Source of the DNA: Vicugna vicugna
Taxonomy: Eukaryota
Assembly: GCA_013265495.1 (NCBI GenBank)
Contig: MU057989.1
Coordinates: 1,443,513-1,507,512, forward strand
Reading direction: 5' to 3'
DNA length: 64,000 bases
The notes beneath the pieces are model-generated. The model made no database searches and had not been told where the DNA came from. It saw only the letters and a program-made list of their open reading frames with translations. This document shows positions 1 through 13,910 of the stretch, piece by piece (within the stretch, counting starts at the first letter, position 1; each line of letters opens with the position of its first letter). Both the position numbers and the translations under genes were made by a program.

Positions 1-204
1 AGCCCCAGGCGGCTGCAGATGGGAGTCAGCAGGGGCCAGCAGAGCTGAGCTGAGCCAGGCTGGGCCAGTGGGAGTAGGATATGGCGGGAAGCCCCAGCCC
101 TGAGGCCCAGATGGACCTGTAGCCTCCTCCAAACACTGCCTGGGGCAGGGCTGGCCCTTAGGGCCTGGCCGGTGTGGCAGCTGATGGACCTGGGTGTCTT
201 CCAG

Positions 205-267
205 GAAACTGTTTGAGCGGGTGAAATGCATCTCTTGCGATCGGCCTGTGGAAATGATGACTGGCCC
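205..267 (+). CDS. C16orf96: C16orf96 ortholog, internal coding exon (end of DUF4795-like region); gene starts upstream of the window
   Basis: ccag|G...CC|gtaagt, 63 nt, phase 2-2; translates KLFERVKCISCDRPVEMMTGP, matching the recalled CxSCDRP motif of C16orf96/QRICH2-type proteins. Confidence 0.85.
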
Positions 268-542
268 GTAAGTTCCCCTAGGGGTCATCTGGGTCCACCC
301 CTCCCATCTGGATTCCTCCCTCACCCTCTAAACCCTGCGGTGCCTGTGGGGTTCTGTATGCATCATGTCATTAGCTCCCCGCCCTGGGCAAGGTACTGGC
401 ATCTTTCTTCACCAGCCGTGTCAGGTACCTTCTGTGTCCAGGGATGGAGTTGGCTCCAAGAGGAAAAAGATGGAAGGAAACAGGAAAAGCTGAACTTGGC
501 GGGGCTTCCTTACACATATTTTTATGGTTTAATACTTCTGTT

Positions 543-1120
543 TATTTATTGAGGTGAAATTCATGTAACATAAAATCAACCGTCTTCAAGTGAACAATCC
601 AGTGCGATTTAGTGCACATTCACCTCTAATTCCAAACTGTTTTCATCTCCCCAGAGGAAACCCCAGACCCATCAGCACTCACTCTCATTCCTCTCCTCCG
701 GCCCCTGACGACCACCAGTCTATTCTCTGTCTCCGTGGATTGGCCCACTCTGGACGTTTCATATGAATGGAACCATACACTATATCGCTTTCGTGTCTGG
801 CGTCTTTCACTGACCATCACATTTTCAAGGTTCATTCATGTTGTCCCGTGTGTCAGCGCTTCATTTCCTTTTATGGCTGAATAATTTTCCATTCTGTGGA
901 CCGGCCACATTGTGTTGATCCATTTACACGTTAAGGGACATTTGGGTTGTTTCCCCCTTTAAGTTTTTGTGAACAGTGCTGCTGGGAACCTGTGTGGACC
1001 TGTATTTGTTTGAACCCGTGTTTTCAGTTCTTTTGAGCATAAACCTTAGTATGCAAGTGCTGAGTCATATGGTAACTCTATGGTTAGCTTTTTGAGGAAC
1101 CACCAAACACTCCAATGGTG
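543..1120 (-). mobile_element. Old L1 (L1M-type) 3' fragment
   Basis: Characteristic reverse L1 3'UTR text (tttattgaggtgaaattc..., ggttcattcatgttg..., tttttgaggaac). Confidence 0.75.
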
Positions 1121-1425
1121 GTTTAAGAGCCACGACCTTGCAGCACCCGCGGCCTCTGCACGGCTGGCCTGTTCCTGGTGGCCGGTGAAGCTCACCACCC
1201 CACACCCGTCCATGTGCATGGAGGGGCTTGGGAGCTATGTCCAGAATTCTTCTTTTAAACCACAGATATCTGGTTGTATCATTATTTATAATATTTTTTA
1301 AAAAAGAAGAAGAAAGGAAACGATCTGAAGTGGTTAATGAGTCACAGTACATTCACATCAGCCAGTAGGGTGAGTTGTAGAGGCCCACCTCACACAGACC
1401 CTCTGAGATGTGGAAATGTTCCGTA

Positions 1426-1569
1426 GCTGCACTGTCCAGTGCAGTAGCCGCTGGCGAGTGCTTGAAAGATGGCCAATGTGGCTGAGAAACTAAATGTTTA
1501 ATTTTACTTTAATTTAGTTCATTTAAATAATTTAAATGAGGCCCGTGGCTGCCACATTGGATGGCACAG
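1426..1569. mobile_element. MER3/MER33-like hAT-Charlie DNA element
   Basis: Imperfect terminal inverted repeats ctgcactgtcca...tggatggcacag around an AT-rich core. Confidence 0.6.
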
Positions 1570-1986
1570 TCATGGAAGAATATTGAATGACCTAGAAGAA
1601 TGTTTGCAATCACTTAAAGGAGAAAACCCAACTGGGATGTGTGTTATGATCCTACTTTTGTTAAAAAAAATAAACATGGAAAAATGCTGGAAGGACACAT
1701 ATCAAATTACTTGTCACGTGGTTACAGTGCTTTCCTCGTTTTTTTGTGCTTTTCTATACTTTCTAAAATGCTGACAATCAATACGCATTACTCTACATTT
1801 TTATTGTGGCTTAACATACATACAGCAAAGTACACAAACATTTATTATACAACCTGGCGAGTTTTCACATGTGTACACACCTTGGGAACCACCACTCCGA
1901 TCAAGATGTAGAACAGCTCCAGCTCCTCCAAAGCCTGATGTTTTACTTTATCTTTGTTTTTATTTTATCTTTTTAATAATTTTTAA

Positions 1987-2112
1987 GGGGAGGAGGTAAT
2001 TAGGTTTGTTTATGTATTTATTTAAAAATTTTTTTAATGGAGGTACTGGGTATTGAACCCCCGGACTTCAGGCATGCTAAGCGCGCACTCTACCACTGAG
2101 CTATACTCTCCC
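1987..2112 (-). mobile_element. tRNA-derived camelid-type SINE (Vic-1-like), copy 1
   Basis: Minus strand reads GGGAGAGTATAGCTCAGTGGTAGAG (A box)...GGTTCAATACCC (B box), then an A-rich tail. Confidence 0.8.
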
Positions 2113-2124
2113 ACTATTTTTATT

Positions 2125-2355
2125 TTTTGTATTGAGGTAAAATGCGTGTAATATAAATTAAGCGTTTTAAAGTGAACAGTTCAGTGGCATTAGTACCTTT
2201 ACAGTACTGTGCAGCCACTCCCTCAATCTAATGCCAGGACCTTTCCGTCCGCCCAGAAGGACACCCCATGCCCGTCGGCAGTCCTCCCTGTCCCCCTCCC
2301 TCCGGCCCCTAGCAGTCTCCAATCTGCATCCTGTTTCTAGGATTCATCTGTTCTG
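2125..2355 (-). mobile_element. Old L1 3' end fragment
   Basis: tattgaggtaaaatg...ttttaaagtgaacagttcagtggcattagtac..., same pattern as 543-760. Confidence 0.65.
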
Positions 2356-2451
2356 ATTTTTATTTTTATAGTCAGAACAGTTGTTCTTTATGACTTACAA
2401 AAAGGCATAGCGGGCTCTGTGCCATGGACCTTTCTGGAGGGAAGGCTGTGA

Positions 2452-2610
<159 letters not shown>

Positions 2611-3350
2611 TGAGCGGGGGGGGGGGTCCGCCCCTCAGAGGTCACCCAGGAACCCAGGCACCGGCAGAGACATAAACTCCAGCCCCCAGATGACTGTCCC
2701 AGGGCACTGCCCGCCATCTGCAAGGGAGATGTCCAGGTGGTGGAGCCACAGGCGGGCTCATGAAATGACCATGGGGAGAGGAACGGACACTTTTATCGGG
2801 CGTCCATAATGGGCCAGGAACTGTTAGGGGAGGGTCTCTCACTTAAATCCCACACCCCCTTGTGAGCTATGGTTGGTAGGCCTGCTTCCTGCTTCTCGCT
2901 GGGAAAAGTGAGTCACAACCCTTGAGGCTTGCTGTGGCCAGGCAGGCTAAACGCTTTGACAGACTTGACCTCGCTGAATCCTTATACCTTCCCTTAGAGG
3001 TCATTCTACTATCACCCCATTTCACAGTTGAACAAACTAAGGCTCAGAGAACTTCAGCAGCCTGCCCCAGGTCACAGCTAGTAAGTGGCAGAGCTGGGCC
3101 CTAAGCCTGTGGGTAGCTGGGCCCTAAGCCTGCGGGTTTCCACCGTGCCAGGCTGGCTCCCTGGGCCCCAGCTCCACCCCATCCTACTGACGTCCCGGGG
3201 CTTCATGGGTGCTTCCTGCACCCAGGCCTGAGGGTGCGTCTGGCCAGGTGAGGGAGTGATGCTGAGCAGCAGCCACAGCCACACGGAGGGGAGAGATGTG
3301 GGGTCTGTGCCTGACGCCCCCACCTTCCCTTGCCTGGCTCCTTGAGATGA

Positions 3351-3863
<513 letters not shown>

Positions 3864-3890
3864 TGACCTGGGGCCTGGGCCGTCCAACAG

Positions 3891-3993
3891 GCCGAGGTAG
3901 ACATCCTGGGAGTGGACGGCATCCTGTACAAGGGCCGAATGAGCAACAAGGACAAGATATGGCCGGTGGCTGGCATGGAGAAGGAGCTGGCAG
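3891..3993 (+). CDS. C16orf96: C16orf96 ortholog, internal coding exon
   Basis: caacag|GCC...G|gtgagg, 103 nt; AEVDILGVDGILYKGRMSNKDKIWPVAGMEKELA, carrying the conserved EVDILGxDGxxYKGR motif. Confidence 0.9.
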
Positions 3994-4879
3994 GTGAGGG
4001 GTGTCAGGCCTGCCCGGTGTCCTGCTTTTGCTGGGCAGCCTGAGGCCCATTGCAATGCAGATGGGACCCAGAGATGGCAACGTCCCTGACTAGGGGGGAG
4101 TCCTCACACAGCCACATGCAAAAATGGGATTCTACTGTATGCCAGATGCTGCATCAGAACAGCATGTGGAAAAGGATGCTGGGGAGGGGTGCCAGTCGGC
4201 CTCCCCAAAGAAGGAATACTGGGCAGTGGTGGGAGAGTTGTGACAAGCTATGCTGGTCCAAGAAGGAGGCCCTGGACTGCTCTCCTGAGGCCTCTGAGGA
4301 GGGGATAAGCTTAGCTAGATGAGGGGGTCAGGTGGGAGGAGAGCGGTCCAGGTGGTGGGAATAGCAGTGCAAAGGCCCTGTGGTGGGTGGAAGGCAGTCA
4401 CAGGAACTCAGGAAGGTAAGTCTACCTGGAGTGGGAAGATTAGGCTGGGCTGGGCGTGATGAGGAAGAGACATGGACAGACCCTGGTGGCCTGTGTCCTA
4501 ACTGTCATGGGTGGAGGAGGGTTGGGCTGGGGGACACATTGGAATCAGTCGCTCTGCTTGCTGCAGTGTTGCAGCCCCCACTCTAGTTCTCTTCTACTGG
4601 GGATGCAAGGACTCAGCTCCAGCACTGGGTCAGCAGCACCAAAAGGGGTACTTTCTCTGCCTGCCCCTTTGAGATTTTCCCCCTTTGGGAAGAGGGGTTC
4701 CGCACACTGTGCTAATGGGGCTGGTCCAGGAGCCCCAAGGTGGCCAGAGGGTTAACTTCTGCCTGTAGTATCCTTCCTCACCCCGCTTTGCCCCCATTAA
4801 CTTGAGAATATAAGACACATAAGAAAAGGAAAGGTGACTCTCGCTGAGGGTGCTGGACAAAGAAGTCAGTGCCCTGCTT

Positions 4880-5260
4880 TAGTGTCCTGGGGCTGCAACA
4901 AATGACCACGAACCAGGCAGCTTAAGACAACAGAAATGAGTTCAGGAGGCCAGAATCCAAAATCAGTGTGTTGACAGGGCTGTCCTCCCTCCAAAGGCCC
5001 TGGGAGGATCCTTCCTGCCTCTTCCAGCTTCTGGGGCTCCAGGCATCCCTGGGCTTGTGGCCCCATCACTCCAGTCTCTGCCTTCGCCCTGGATCTCCTC
5101 GTCTTCTGTCTCTTATTGGGTTTAGGGCCCAGCTTAACCCAGATGCCCTCATCTCAAGATCTTTCACTTAATCTCATCTGCAAAAACCTTTCTTTAAATA
5201 AGGTCACATTCACAGGTTCCAGGGGTACATGTCTTTTGGGGGCTGCCATTCAACCCACTC
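4880..5260 (-). mobile_element. MLT1 (ERVL-MaLR) solo LTR
   Basis: Diagnostic text ggaggccagaatccaaaatcag..., aaataaggtcacattcacaggttcc...attcaaccc. Confidence 0.75.
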
Positions 5261-5739
5261 CCTGGTCTAGGAGGGGAGGACACCATATCGAACACTGTGT
5301 TCTTCCCTAGGGCACAGATGTGGCCCTGGGCATGTTAACAGCTCCTCCTGGATGAGGCTTGGCTGCTTCAGGACCCCGGTCTCCGATGCTGTCAGGAGGG
5401 ACTCAGGCTGGGCTCTGGGGTCACCAGGCAGGATAACAGTGGTGGCTAATATTTAATGAGCCCGACCTCCTGCCAGTCCCTGCTCTGCTTCCTTTCACCC
5501 TGAAACAGCTGACGAGGCATTGCACGGATGAGCAGGTGAGAGCCGCTTGCTGGGAACACACCCTCAGCGGAGGGGCTGGGATGTTCTACACACCTGACCC
5601 TCATCTCCAGTCATCCATCAGACGTTGCCCCTCTCCACCCATCTCCCCCAGGGCTGTCTTCACCAGCATTCGATGAATGGCCTAAAACCCGCTCTGACCA
5701 GTCCCCTCCCAGCCTGGAACCCGTCAAGATGAGTGTGCT

Positions 5740-6195
5740 ATGGCGCTGTAACAGAGTACCACAAACAGTAGTTTAAAACAACCCAAATTTATCTTAATTC
5801 TGGAGGTCAGAAACCCAAAATGAGTCTTACAGGGCCAAAACTGAGGTATCTGCAGGGCTAGTTCCTTCCAAGGCTCAAGGGGAGACTCCGATTCCTGGCC
5901 GGTTCCTTCCAGAGGGCTCCCACATTCCTTAGCTTGCAGCCCCATCTCCTTCTGCCATCTTCTAAGTCATCACTCTGACCTCAGCTTCCGTCCTTATGTC
6001 TCCTTCTCTGACTCTGACCCTCTGGCCTCCACTCCTGAGGACCTTGATTATATTGGGCCCACCCAGAGAATCCAGGATCACTTCCCTATCTCGAGATCCT
6101 TAACTTGATCACGTCTCCAAAGTCCCCTCTGCCGTGTCAGGTGACATACTTACAGGTTCTGGGGATTAGGACAGGGACATCTTGGGGGGCACTGT
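5740..6195 (-). mobile_element. MLT1 (ERVL-MaLR) solo LTR
   Basis: gctgtaacagagtaccacaaac..., gattatattgggcccacccagagaatccagg..., acaggttctggggattaggac. Confidence 0.75.
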
Positions 6196-7744
6196 CCCCC
6201 AAGTCTAGACTCCTTGGCTGATCTTCAGGCCCCTTGCCACCCACCTCCGGCCTCATCTGCTCCCTCCACCCTCACACAACTGCTCTCTCTCAACGATCCA
6301 GGCTCTTCCCCACCGTGGGGCCTCTTGCACGTGCTGTGAGCTCCACCTGGAAGCCCTAGAGAATGCTTCTCATCTGCCAGGGCTCCAGTGCCCCCTCCCG
6401 TTAGGAGCCTCCCAGCTCCCTGTCTTCTGGCTCCTGCAGAGGCGGGAGAGCCATGGAGGAGGTGCTGGAAGGAGCAGGTGTTGGGGTCAGGTGGTGGGTT
6501 CGGGTTTGGGCCTGTGTAGTCCACGGCGTCTGTGGGCCTTGGAGAAGAGTGCTGGCTCAGAGTTGGGTTCCCAGGCCTTGCTGGTTCTCGATTTTGAACC
6601 TGTATCCCAGGCCCACATTCCTCACCTTGAAGGGAAGGAATGTGACAGTCTCATCAGTCAGCTGGTTAGCAGGTGCTACCCCTCTGTGGAGGGGTCCAGG
6701 TGCCAACCAGCAGTCAGAGCGGGCGCCAGGGAGTGACTCTCAACTGGCCATTTGCTCTTACACCAAACCCACAAAGCACACGGGAGGCAGTTCTTAGCCC
6801 AGGTTCAAGGGATGTGACCCAAGCTGTATGGATCCCAAAGGCTAATGGGGAATCAGGGTGGTCAGCTGGGCGCTCCAGGGTGCAGACTATGAGACAGAGT
6901 TAGAGATACAAGAGGTCTGGGATGGGGAGGCACTAACAAAGAGGAGGAAAGACGTGGGGCCAGGCAGAGAGCCCCTCAGACCGTGTGCAGACCTGACAAG
7001 GTCCAGGCCAGCCTAGTGGGGCGCTTCTAAGCGAACACTGCCCAGCAGACGGCCAGGACCTGTGCTCCCCTACTGGCCAGAAGTGCTAACAGCCCCGGAG
7101 GGGCCAACAGCTGGAAGTGGTCAGCTTCCTGTGCTCCTTAAAGCTGAACGGTCAGCTCCTTCTTAAAGGGAGAGCCGAGCGGCAGGCACCTCCTGCTGCC
7201 ACACGGTCCTGGTCACTCAACTGGTCACTCCTGAGCCCTCCTTGGTGCCGGGTGTGTTTTTGATGCCACTGGGGAGACCTGGTGAGGTCAAAATAGAGTT
7301 ACTACCCCCTTAGAGTTTTGACTCCATGAAGGATGGTCAGATGTAAATGAATAAGTAAGTTCAGCGAATGAATGAGATGAAACATGGAAATGGGGGAGAG
7401 AATGATAGGGTGGAGGGGTGACCCTGTGGAGCAGCTGATCTGAAGGACTCTCTGAAAAGGGACATCATGAGGAGACAGCCAGGGAAGGACACAGCCATCC
7501 AAGCAGAAGGAACAGTCAGGGTCCTGCGTGGGAAGGAGCTCTGTGCCCCTGAAACATGTCCAGACCCCTGTGCCCTTCTCTGCCGCCTGGGAGTCCCTCC
7601 CCTCTCCTCCTCCTCCTCCCAGCATGTTCCCAACTCATGCATTGGCCTTTGGTCTGCATGGCCAGTCATGGTGATTCTTGGCTGGACTGGGAGAAGGGGA
7701 CGCCTTGGATTCAAAAGTAAAGGATGGAAACAGACCCCAAAGGC

Positions 7745-8010
7745 CACATAAGGTGACCCCTCCTGTAATGTGTCCAGAACAGGCAAATTGCCAGAGACAG
7801 AAAGCAGATCAGTGGTTGCCAGGGGCTCTGGGAAGGGGAGAATGGGGGGGTGACTGCCTCCTGGGTATGGGTTTCTTTTTGGGGTGATGAAATGTTCTGG
7901 AACCAGGTGGAGATGGTGGTGGCACAACCTGGTGAATGAACTTAACGCCACTGATTGCTCACTCTGCCTGGTTAATTTTATGTGAATTTTAGCTCAACAA
8001 CAACAAAAAA
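7745..8010 (+). mobile_element. Old L1 (L1MB-like) 3' end
   Basis: gtccagaacaggcaaa...cagtggttgccagggg...ggggtgatgaaatgttctggaa..., ending in an A-rich tail. Confidence 0.75.
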
Positions 8011-8422
8011 TGTGCACACACAAAAGCTGAAGGGCAGGAAGGTGAGGGTGGGGGTATTCCGGGAGTCTGGCCGTGGCGGGAATATTTAAAGAACCGCCAG
8101 ACCCGCCAGGCCAGCATTTCTCTTGTAACTTTGTCTCTTTCCTCCCTGACCTGGAGTTACCTTCAAAAAGCCTCTTCCTAATATCTCAGCCTCCAGAAGC
8201 CTTACACTCAAGAAAGTGGGGAGTGAGAAAGGGTCTTCCATGCACAACTGGGTGGGGGTTGGGTGTGTGAAGAGACAGTGTAGGGGCAGCAGTGCGGGGG
8301 TCCCACCAGAGCGAAAGGGCTTTTGAAGGGGCCAGAGAACAGGACGTGGGCCTCCAGGGTGAGGCTGAATTCTGGCAGAGCCCACCCCCACCCCCGTCTC
8401 TTCCCCTTTCTTTTTCACTAAG

Positions 8423-8503
8423 CTGTGAAGGTTCTGCATCCCCCGGCTCGAAACCCATATGAAGGTGTGCACCCAAGTGCCTTATTCGGCTCCATCTACC
8501 CCC
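8423..8503 (+). CDS. C16orf96: C16orf96 ortholog, penultimate coding exon (expected donor reads ATGAGT)
   Basis: Strong pyrimidine tract and taag| acceptor; phase 1-1, 81 nt; (A)VKVLHPPARNPYEGVHPSALFGSIYP resembles recalled human [27 protein letters not shown]; no GT at the phase-compatible end. Confidence 0.7.
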
Positions 8504-9235
8504 ATGAGTATCTGCCTCCCACCTCCCTGGCCCAGCTGGGATTCTGGCAGGGTCTCTGGTGCCCCTAGTCCCAGCCTGGGGCTCTCCTGCCCCACCTCAT
8601 CCATCTCTCATCTTCTCTGCCTGTACCTGGGCCAGTGAAGGTCCCTTGAGTGGCCCCCACCCAGCACCCAGCACCCTGGCCAGGGCCTCCAGCAGTCCTG
8701 GGCTCCAGCTTCCCCTTCAGCCAGGCTTCCTGGCCCAGGCACCATCCCAAGCGTCCAGGTGTCCAGCCGGCTGCAAGGGTTGGATAAGGGAGGGCTCGTG
8801 AGCTGGGTTGGAGGTGACTGAGCTCATGGCTTCCCGGGTTCACATGACCGTGTACCCAGCATCTTTGAGCGCTCTACAGTGTACACTTCCTCCTTCCACA
8901 TCTCACCCAGTCCTATCTCGCCCAGGTGAGGTGGGCACAGCTAGCTCCTTTTAAAGTGGGGAAGCTGAGGCCCAGCCACCTTGAACTGGGGAATCCCAGA
9001 TCCTGGACTCCATGGCCTGTGTCCCCTCGGGTGCTCTGCTCTCCTTTAGAGTCCACCTCTGGTTTCATTTATCTTGGGCTGACGCCCCCTCCTCTAGGAA
9101 GTGTAGGGTGCCTGGGACTGGGTGAGCTGAGGTAGAGTCTTGGGGTGTCTCTCCTTGGTGGGGATGACCCCATCAGGCCAGCCTCTCTCCAGAATGTTCT
9201 TGGGACACATTCTGGGTCTCTCCTGCCCCTCCCAG

Positions 9236-9453
9236 CTTTGCCTCCCCATGCCAGCATGGGATCAGCCGCTTCAGGCCCCCATTCGATGATGCCAGCTCCG
9301 CCACCGTCTCTGCCACCCCTGCCACTGCTGCCACCGCCGATGCCGTCCCTGCAGGATCCCCAGCCGGCCTCAGGGCCTGCCAGGCACCTGAGGCCACTGC
9401 GTCTCGAGTTCCGAGCCAGCACGCAGTCCGCCAAGGAGCCCACCAACCGGTGA
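9236..9453 (+). CDS. C16orf96: C16orf96 ortholog, last coding exon
   Basis: cccag|CT TTG..., phase 1; proline-rich LPPHASMGSAASGPHSMMPAPPPSLPPLPLLPP...EPTNR* (ORF 9145..9453), TGA at 9451-9453. Confidence 0.85.
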
Positions 9454-9684
9454 GCCCTGGGCTTGTGCCCCGACAGCGCCTGCGTCTCCTCCCCGCCCCT
9501 CCCACCCCTGCCTCCGGCGGAGACCACGCCCTGAGCCTGGCCTGGGGAAGGACTTAAGGGAGGGGTCTCCATAAGGAACTCTTTTTGACCCAGTGGCTGT
9601 TTTCACCTGCATATAAATACACACAACACAACCCTTCTCATGCTGTTTCATGGGGGGAACACAGCTTTTGAAACTGAATTCTCT

Positions 9685-9690
9685 ATTAAA
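9685..9690 (+). promoter_or_regulatory. Candidate poly(A) signal (ATTAAA) of C16orf96
   Basis: ATTAAA about 230 nt after the stop codon, followed by T-rich sequence. Confidence 0.5.
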
Positions 9691-12600
9691 CCCATTTAAT
9701 TCCTTGACCAATTTTTAACACAACACAGTTAAAGTGGTTTTAAAAACACTTTCCCTTTTATTTTGCTGAAATGATTTCATCAGAACCCGTTCCAATTACA
9801 GCTAATGCTGCTGTCCATTTTCTTTGGGGACCATTATTTCTACCAGGACCAGCATTCTCATGGGAACCAAATTTTACTGCGTGCATGCTTTTTTGTGTTG
9901 ATTGTTCCCACCAGTAATTACCGTTATGAATTGGATATTTAAATAATCTGATTGTTTGTATTTACTTCTGTTTAATCCATGAGGCGCTTGGAGCAACAGC
10001 CTAGAATCCTCCAGGACTGCTCTGTCCCTGTGAGGACTGGGGCCCTGCACCCTGTTTGGCGTCTCTCTGGTCCTTTGGTTCCCTTGCTAACTGAGCACGA
10101 GCTTGGTGGAACAAAGGGCAAAGCAGGAGGTCAAAGCGTGCTGATTTGGCAGTTCAGTGGCCGGCCTCGGAGCGCAGAGTGCAACCCTCACACCTGCCTC
10201 TCCGGTCCTGCACCCTGGCGTGGTTTCTGCCCCCAGGATGGTTTATTTGTCCCTCCTCTTCCCTCTCACCTTCTCTCTTTGTCTCTTTCCATCCCCTAGC
10301 TTGTCTAGTCGCGCCCTCTACCCCTTGTGTACTCCTGACATTTCTATCACATGCCACAAAGACTAAAAAAATTTTCCCTCTGTGTGGTTTTGGGGCATAG
10401 GCACCCCCCAACATCCACTACAGGCCACTGGGACAGTGGAGCGAGTCAGGGAGTGGAGTGGGACTGAGCTGCCCCAGGGGTCCCCCTGGAGGAGCCAGGG
10501 TGCTGGCATGAAGGAGCCCTTGGGCCTGGCAGTCAAAGGAGTCCTGGACACTGTGTGCCTGCCCCTTCCCGATTGTCCCCCAGTCTTCCCACCCCGCCCC
10601 AGCTCCTCACCTGCGACCCCTCCTGGACCTGACTTCTCTTTTCTTTCTCTAAGGACTGTGTCCAAATGAGGTCAAGCTCTTCCTAACCCAGGTGACCCAG
10701 GTGACCTAAATGTCCATGCCACCTTGGGGGACACTGGCCAGTGCAGCCTGGCCCCACCCCCATATCACAGATGAGTATCTTTGTCAATTTCTCCCCAGAA
10801 TAAAATCTTTCACTTTTCTGATTGTGGATAAAGGTGATTCGGCCCTGTGCTCTCTGCAAGGGGTGGCCTTGCCTGCCCCATATGGGTGGGTGAACCTGCT
10901 GGCCCGTCTTCGGGCCATCACCCCAGGGTCAGTCTCCCAGAGCTCACCACGGCTGAGTCTCAGCAGAGATCCATAGCCTCCCTTCCTCCACCACACATCC
11001 CACAGTAACAGAGTGCCCCATGCTGCCCTGGTCCTGTGTGGTGGGCAGGTCAGGGGCCCAAAGGACAATGGTGTGACTTGCCCAGGGTCATACAGTGACT
11101 CCTCAGCTCTCTGGCCACCTGCCCAGGAGGCCCTAACTTCTTCGGTGCTGCACACAGCTATGAACAGTCCGACTTCCATCCCCTCTCCCATGGCAGAGAA
11201 GGGAGGTGCGGCTGGGTTCGGAGAGACAGAGATGGAGGCTTCTGGGGAGGCACCTTGTGCCAGGTATGGTCAGGCTTGTCTCCTGCAGCCCTGATCCTTG
11301 TGGAACTAACAGGCACCCAGGCCCCACTCTCTCAGCCCCTCATAGCTGCCTTTCCAGCCCATTTCTCAGATTTACCAATGAAATCAGTGCTGGAGTGGGT
11401 TCCTGCAGCCCAGGGAGGGAGTGAGGCCCAGGTAGGTCACTGTGCAACCATTTGCAAACTGACAGGCCTCCTGGGTGCTCTAGAAGGTGGGGAACTGCAG
11501 ACCCAACTGTAGCCAGCCAGGCACAGGCCCGAACATGGCAGTTCTGTCCCCCGTGGGGGTGGTGGGGAAGCCAGCCTTTGGCCTGGTCCCAGGTGGGAGC
11601 TGCAGGCAGAATCCTTGCCAAGGACGTGGCAGAACACCCCCTCCCCTATTCCAGCCCCAGGGGGTGGGACCCACAGGCCTGGGCAGCTGGGAGGGAGGCA
11701 CTGCTCCTACTCCTAGGGCTGCTGCTTCAGGAGAGTGGCCCACCCACCCCATCCCAGCAGGGGAAGGTGCTTGGGGAACAGACAGACCAGGGACGGGGTC
11801 TGTAGAGTTGGACCCAGTGCCCCCACACCCCTAAAAGAGCTGTGTTCTTTTAAGGCTCATTTGAAATACATATATTGCCAAATATAAGCTGTGATTAAGC
11901 AACTAGAGACGTTTCCAAACGCAGGAATTGGAAATAGCCTTGCCTCAAAAGGTCTCCTTTTGGCCAACCCAGGCGGCCTCCCCGACAAGGACACCAGGAG
12001 GTAACTGGAGTCAAAGCCCTGGTCTGTCCTCAGATGAGTCCTGCTATGAAAAGCCCCTCAGAGACCTCCAGGGCCACAGCAGCCCCGCCTGCCGCCGGTT
12101 GGGGGCCAGTCTCGGGAACAGTGTGGTTTTCTGCAGCCGGCCACAGTGTGTTCTCAGAGACCCTGGGGACTTTCAGCAGCCCCGGGAGCATGCACCTTCG
12201 TCCAAGGGAATCTTACAGAACAAGCCCTTCTCTCTAAAACTCTGAAGGAGCCCTGCCTGTCTGCAAAAAGCATTTTAGAGCCTCCATTCACCCTCTACGT
12301 ACCTCCTCCACCCCATGGAACAGGGCATTTACTTCCGCAGCTGCTCCTGGTGAAAAGCAAATCCCCTTCAGAGATTCCAGCAGACTCTGGGACAGGGGTT
12401 GGACATGCACATGTCCGTGGTGGCCAGCGGAGTGGCTGGCCAGCCAAGGCCAGATCGGGCTGTGTCCCCACCATGGTGGTCAGTTTCAACCAGTTGTGCC
12501 CTTAAAGGAAATTGGGCCAGCTATTACAAATTTCCAAGATGAGCCGAGAAAGGCTTTTCATGTAAACTCTCCTGATTTTAAAGTGCTGGTGGACAAATCA

Positions 12601-13704
12601 AAAAGATGTAACACCATGCAAGCCCAACAGCACACATGAGGGGCCTGTAGGTTTGCAAACCCCTGTGATAGCCATGCTCTGATCATTTAACAGCAGACCT
12701 GAAGGGCCACTGTCACCCAGGGAGGCCAGACCTAGGTTCCCACATGCCGCCCTGTGCCCTTTTCAGAAATAACACATGCAGAGCTCCAATCACACTCTTC
12801 CCATCAAATTCATGGATGCAAATGGTGTTCTTTAGGGTGGAATTTTGGAAACACAGTCATCTGGAGTTCGAGTCTGGCAGTCAGGTCTGGGGTGACAAAG
12901 CCTGGAGAGGGTGGACTTTGAGGTGATAAGGCTGGTTTTCTCTGTGTGCTGCTCAGGCAGCTCCCAGGAGGTGCCCGAGAGGAAGGACAGCCGAGGACGA
13001 CTATAAATGTGAGTCTGTTCCGTTCGTGCATCAGTATCTTTGCTTTTCAGCCAGTTTCCACCTGAACATGTAGATGGTTACTGACTCCTTCAGTTTTGCT
13101 TCTGAGCTTCCAAGCTTGGGGAAGTTGAGGAAGTTCCAGGTTCTCAGCGTCACATTCAAGTTCTGGGGCACATGGCATCCACGTGAGCCCCGCTCTGGCT
13201 CCCCTTGTCTTCCCACGTGCTCTTGAAGCCCTTTGCTGGCCCAAGAGATGCTCAGCCTTGCCCGCTGCCCCCTCCTACTCCGGTTCCCACTGCACCTGGG
13301 GCACTAACTAAAAATCAAGGCTCCCGGGCCCTCCTCAGAACAGTTGCCTCAGGCACCCAGGGGTCCCTTATGCTCTGCAGGCTTGGGGGGCATGAGCCTA
13401 TTGGCTCCCAGTTGCTGTGAGGGGCTTGTGTTGGGCGACTCCATCAGAATCACCCAGGAGCTATTTTAATTTTAATAACAGCTACGACATAAGTGACACG
13501 CTATACAGTTTACCCTTTTAAAGTGTATGATTGACTGTTTTTCAGTATATTCACAAGTCGATCACCAGTATGCTGGGGAATGTTTAAGGTGATACTGTCA
13601 GGGCCTCTCCCCAGAGAGCCTGATGCCTTGGGGCCCGGAAGCTCCCAGGACACTCTGCTGTGCAGCCAGCCACGGGAGCCACGGGACAGAGCAGGGGATG
13701 GGGG

Positions 13705-13910
13705 AGATGCTCTCCACTGGGGCGGCCTTGCCCCCCAGTCACATTTCGCTACGTCTACAGACATTTTTGGTTGTCACAACTGGGGGATGCTACTGGCACC
13801 TAATCGCAGGAAGGGGCCAGGAACACCGGTCAATATCCCAGTTTCCAGGGTGCAAGAGGGGCTGGAAAATGTTCCAGCCCCAGGTGTCCAGTGTCCATGT
13901 TAGGAAAGTT
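13705..13910. mobile_element. MER20-like hAT DNA element
   Basis: agacatttttggttgtcacaactgggg...gctactggca is the MER20 core. Confidence 0.7.

Noticed and set aside
1987..2112. tRNA genes here and at 28720-28829 and 30497-30625
   Set aside because: A and B boxes are present, but each copy has an A-rich tail and divergent stems, so they are SINEs
3092..3137. 23-bp tandem duplication, and a short repeat at about 42508-42556
   Set aside because: Ordinary slippage duplications with no spacers and no evident function
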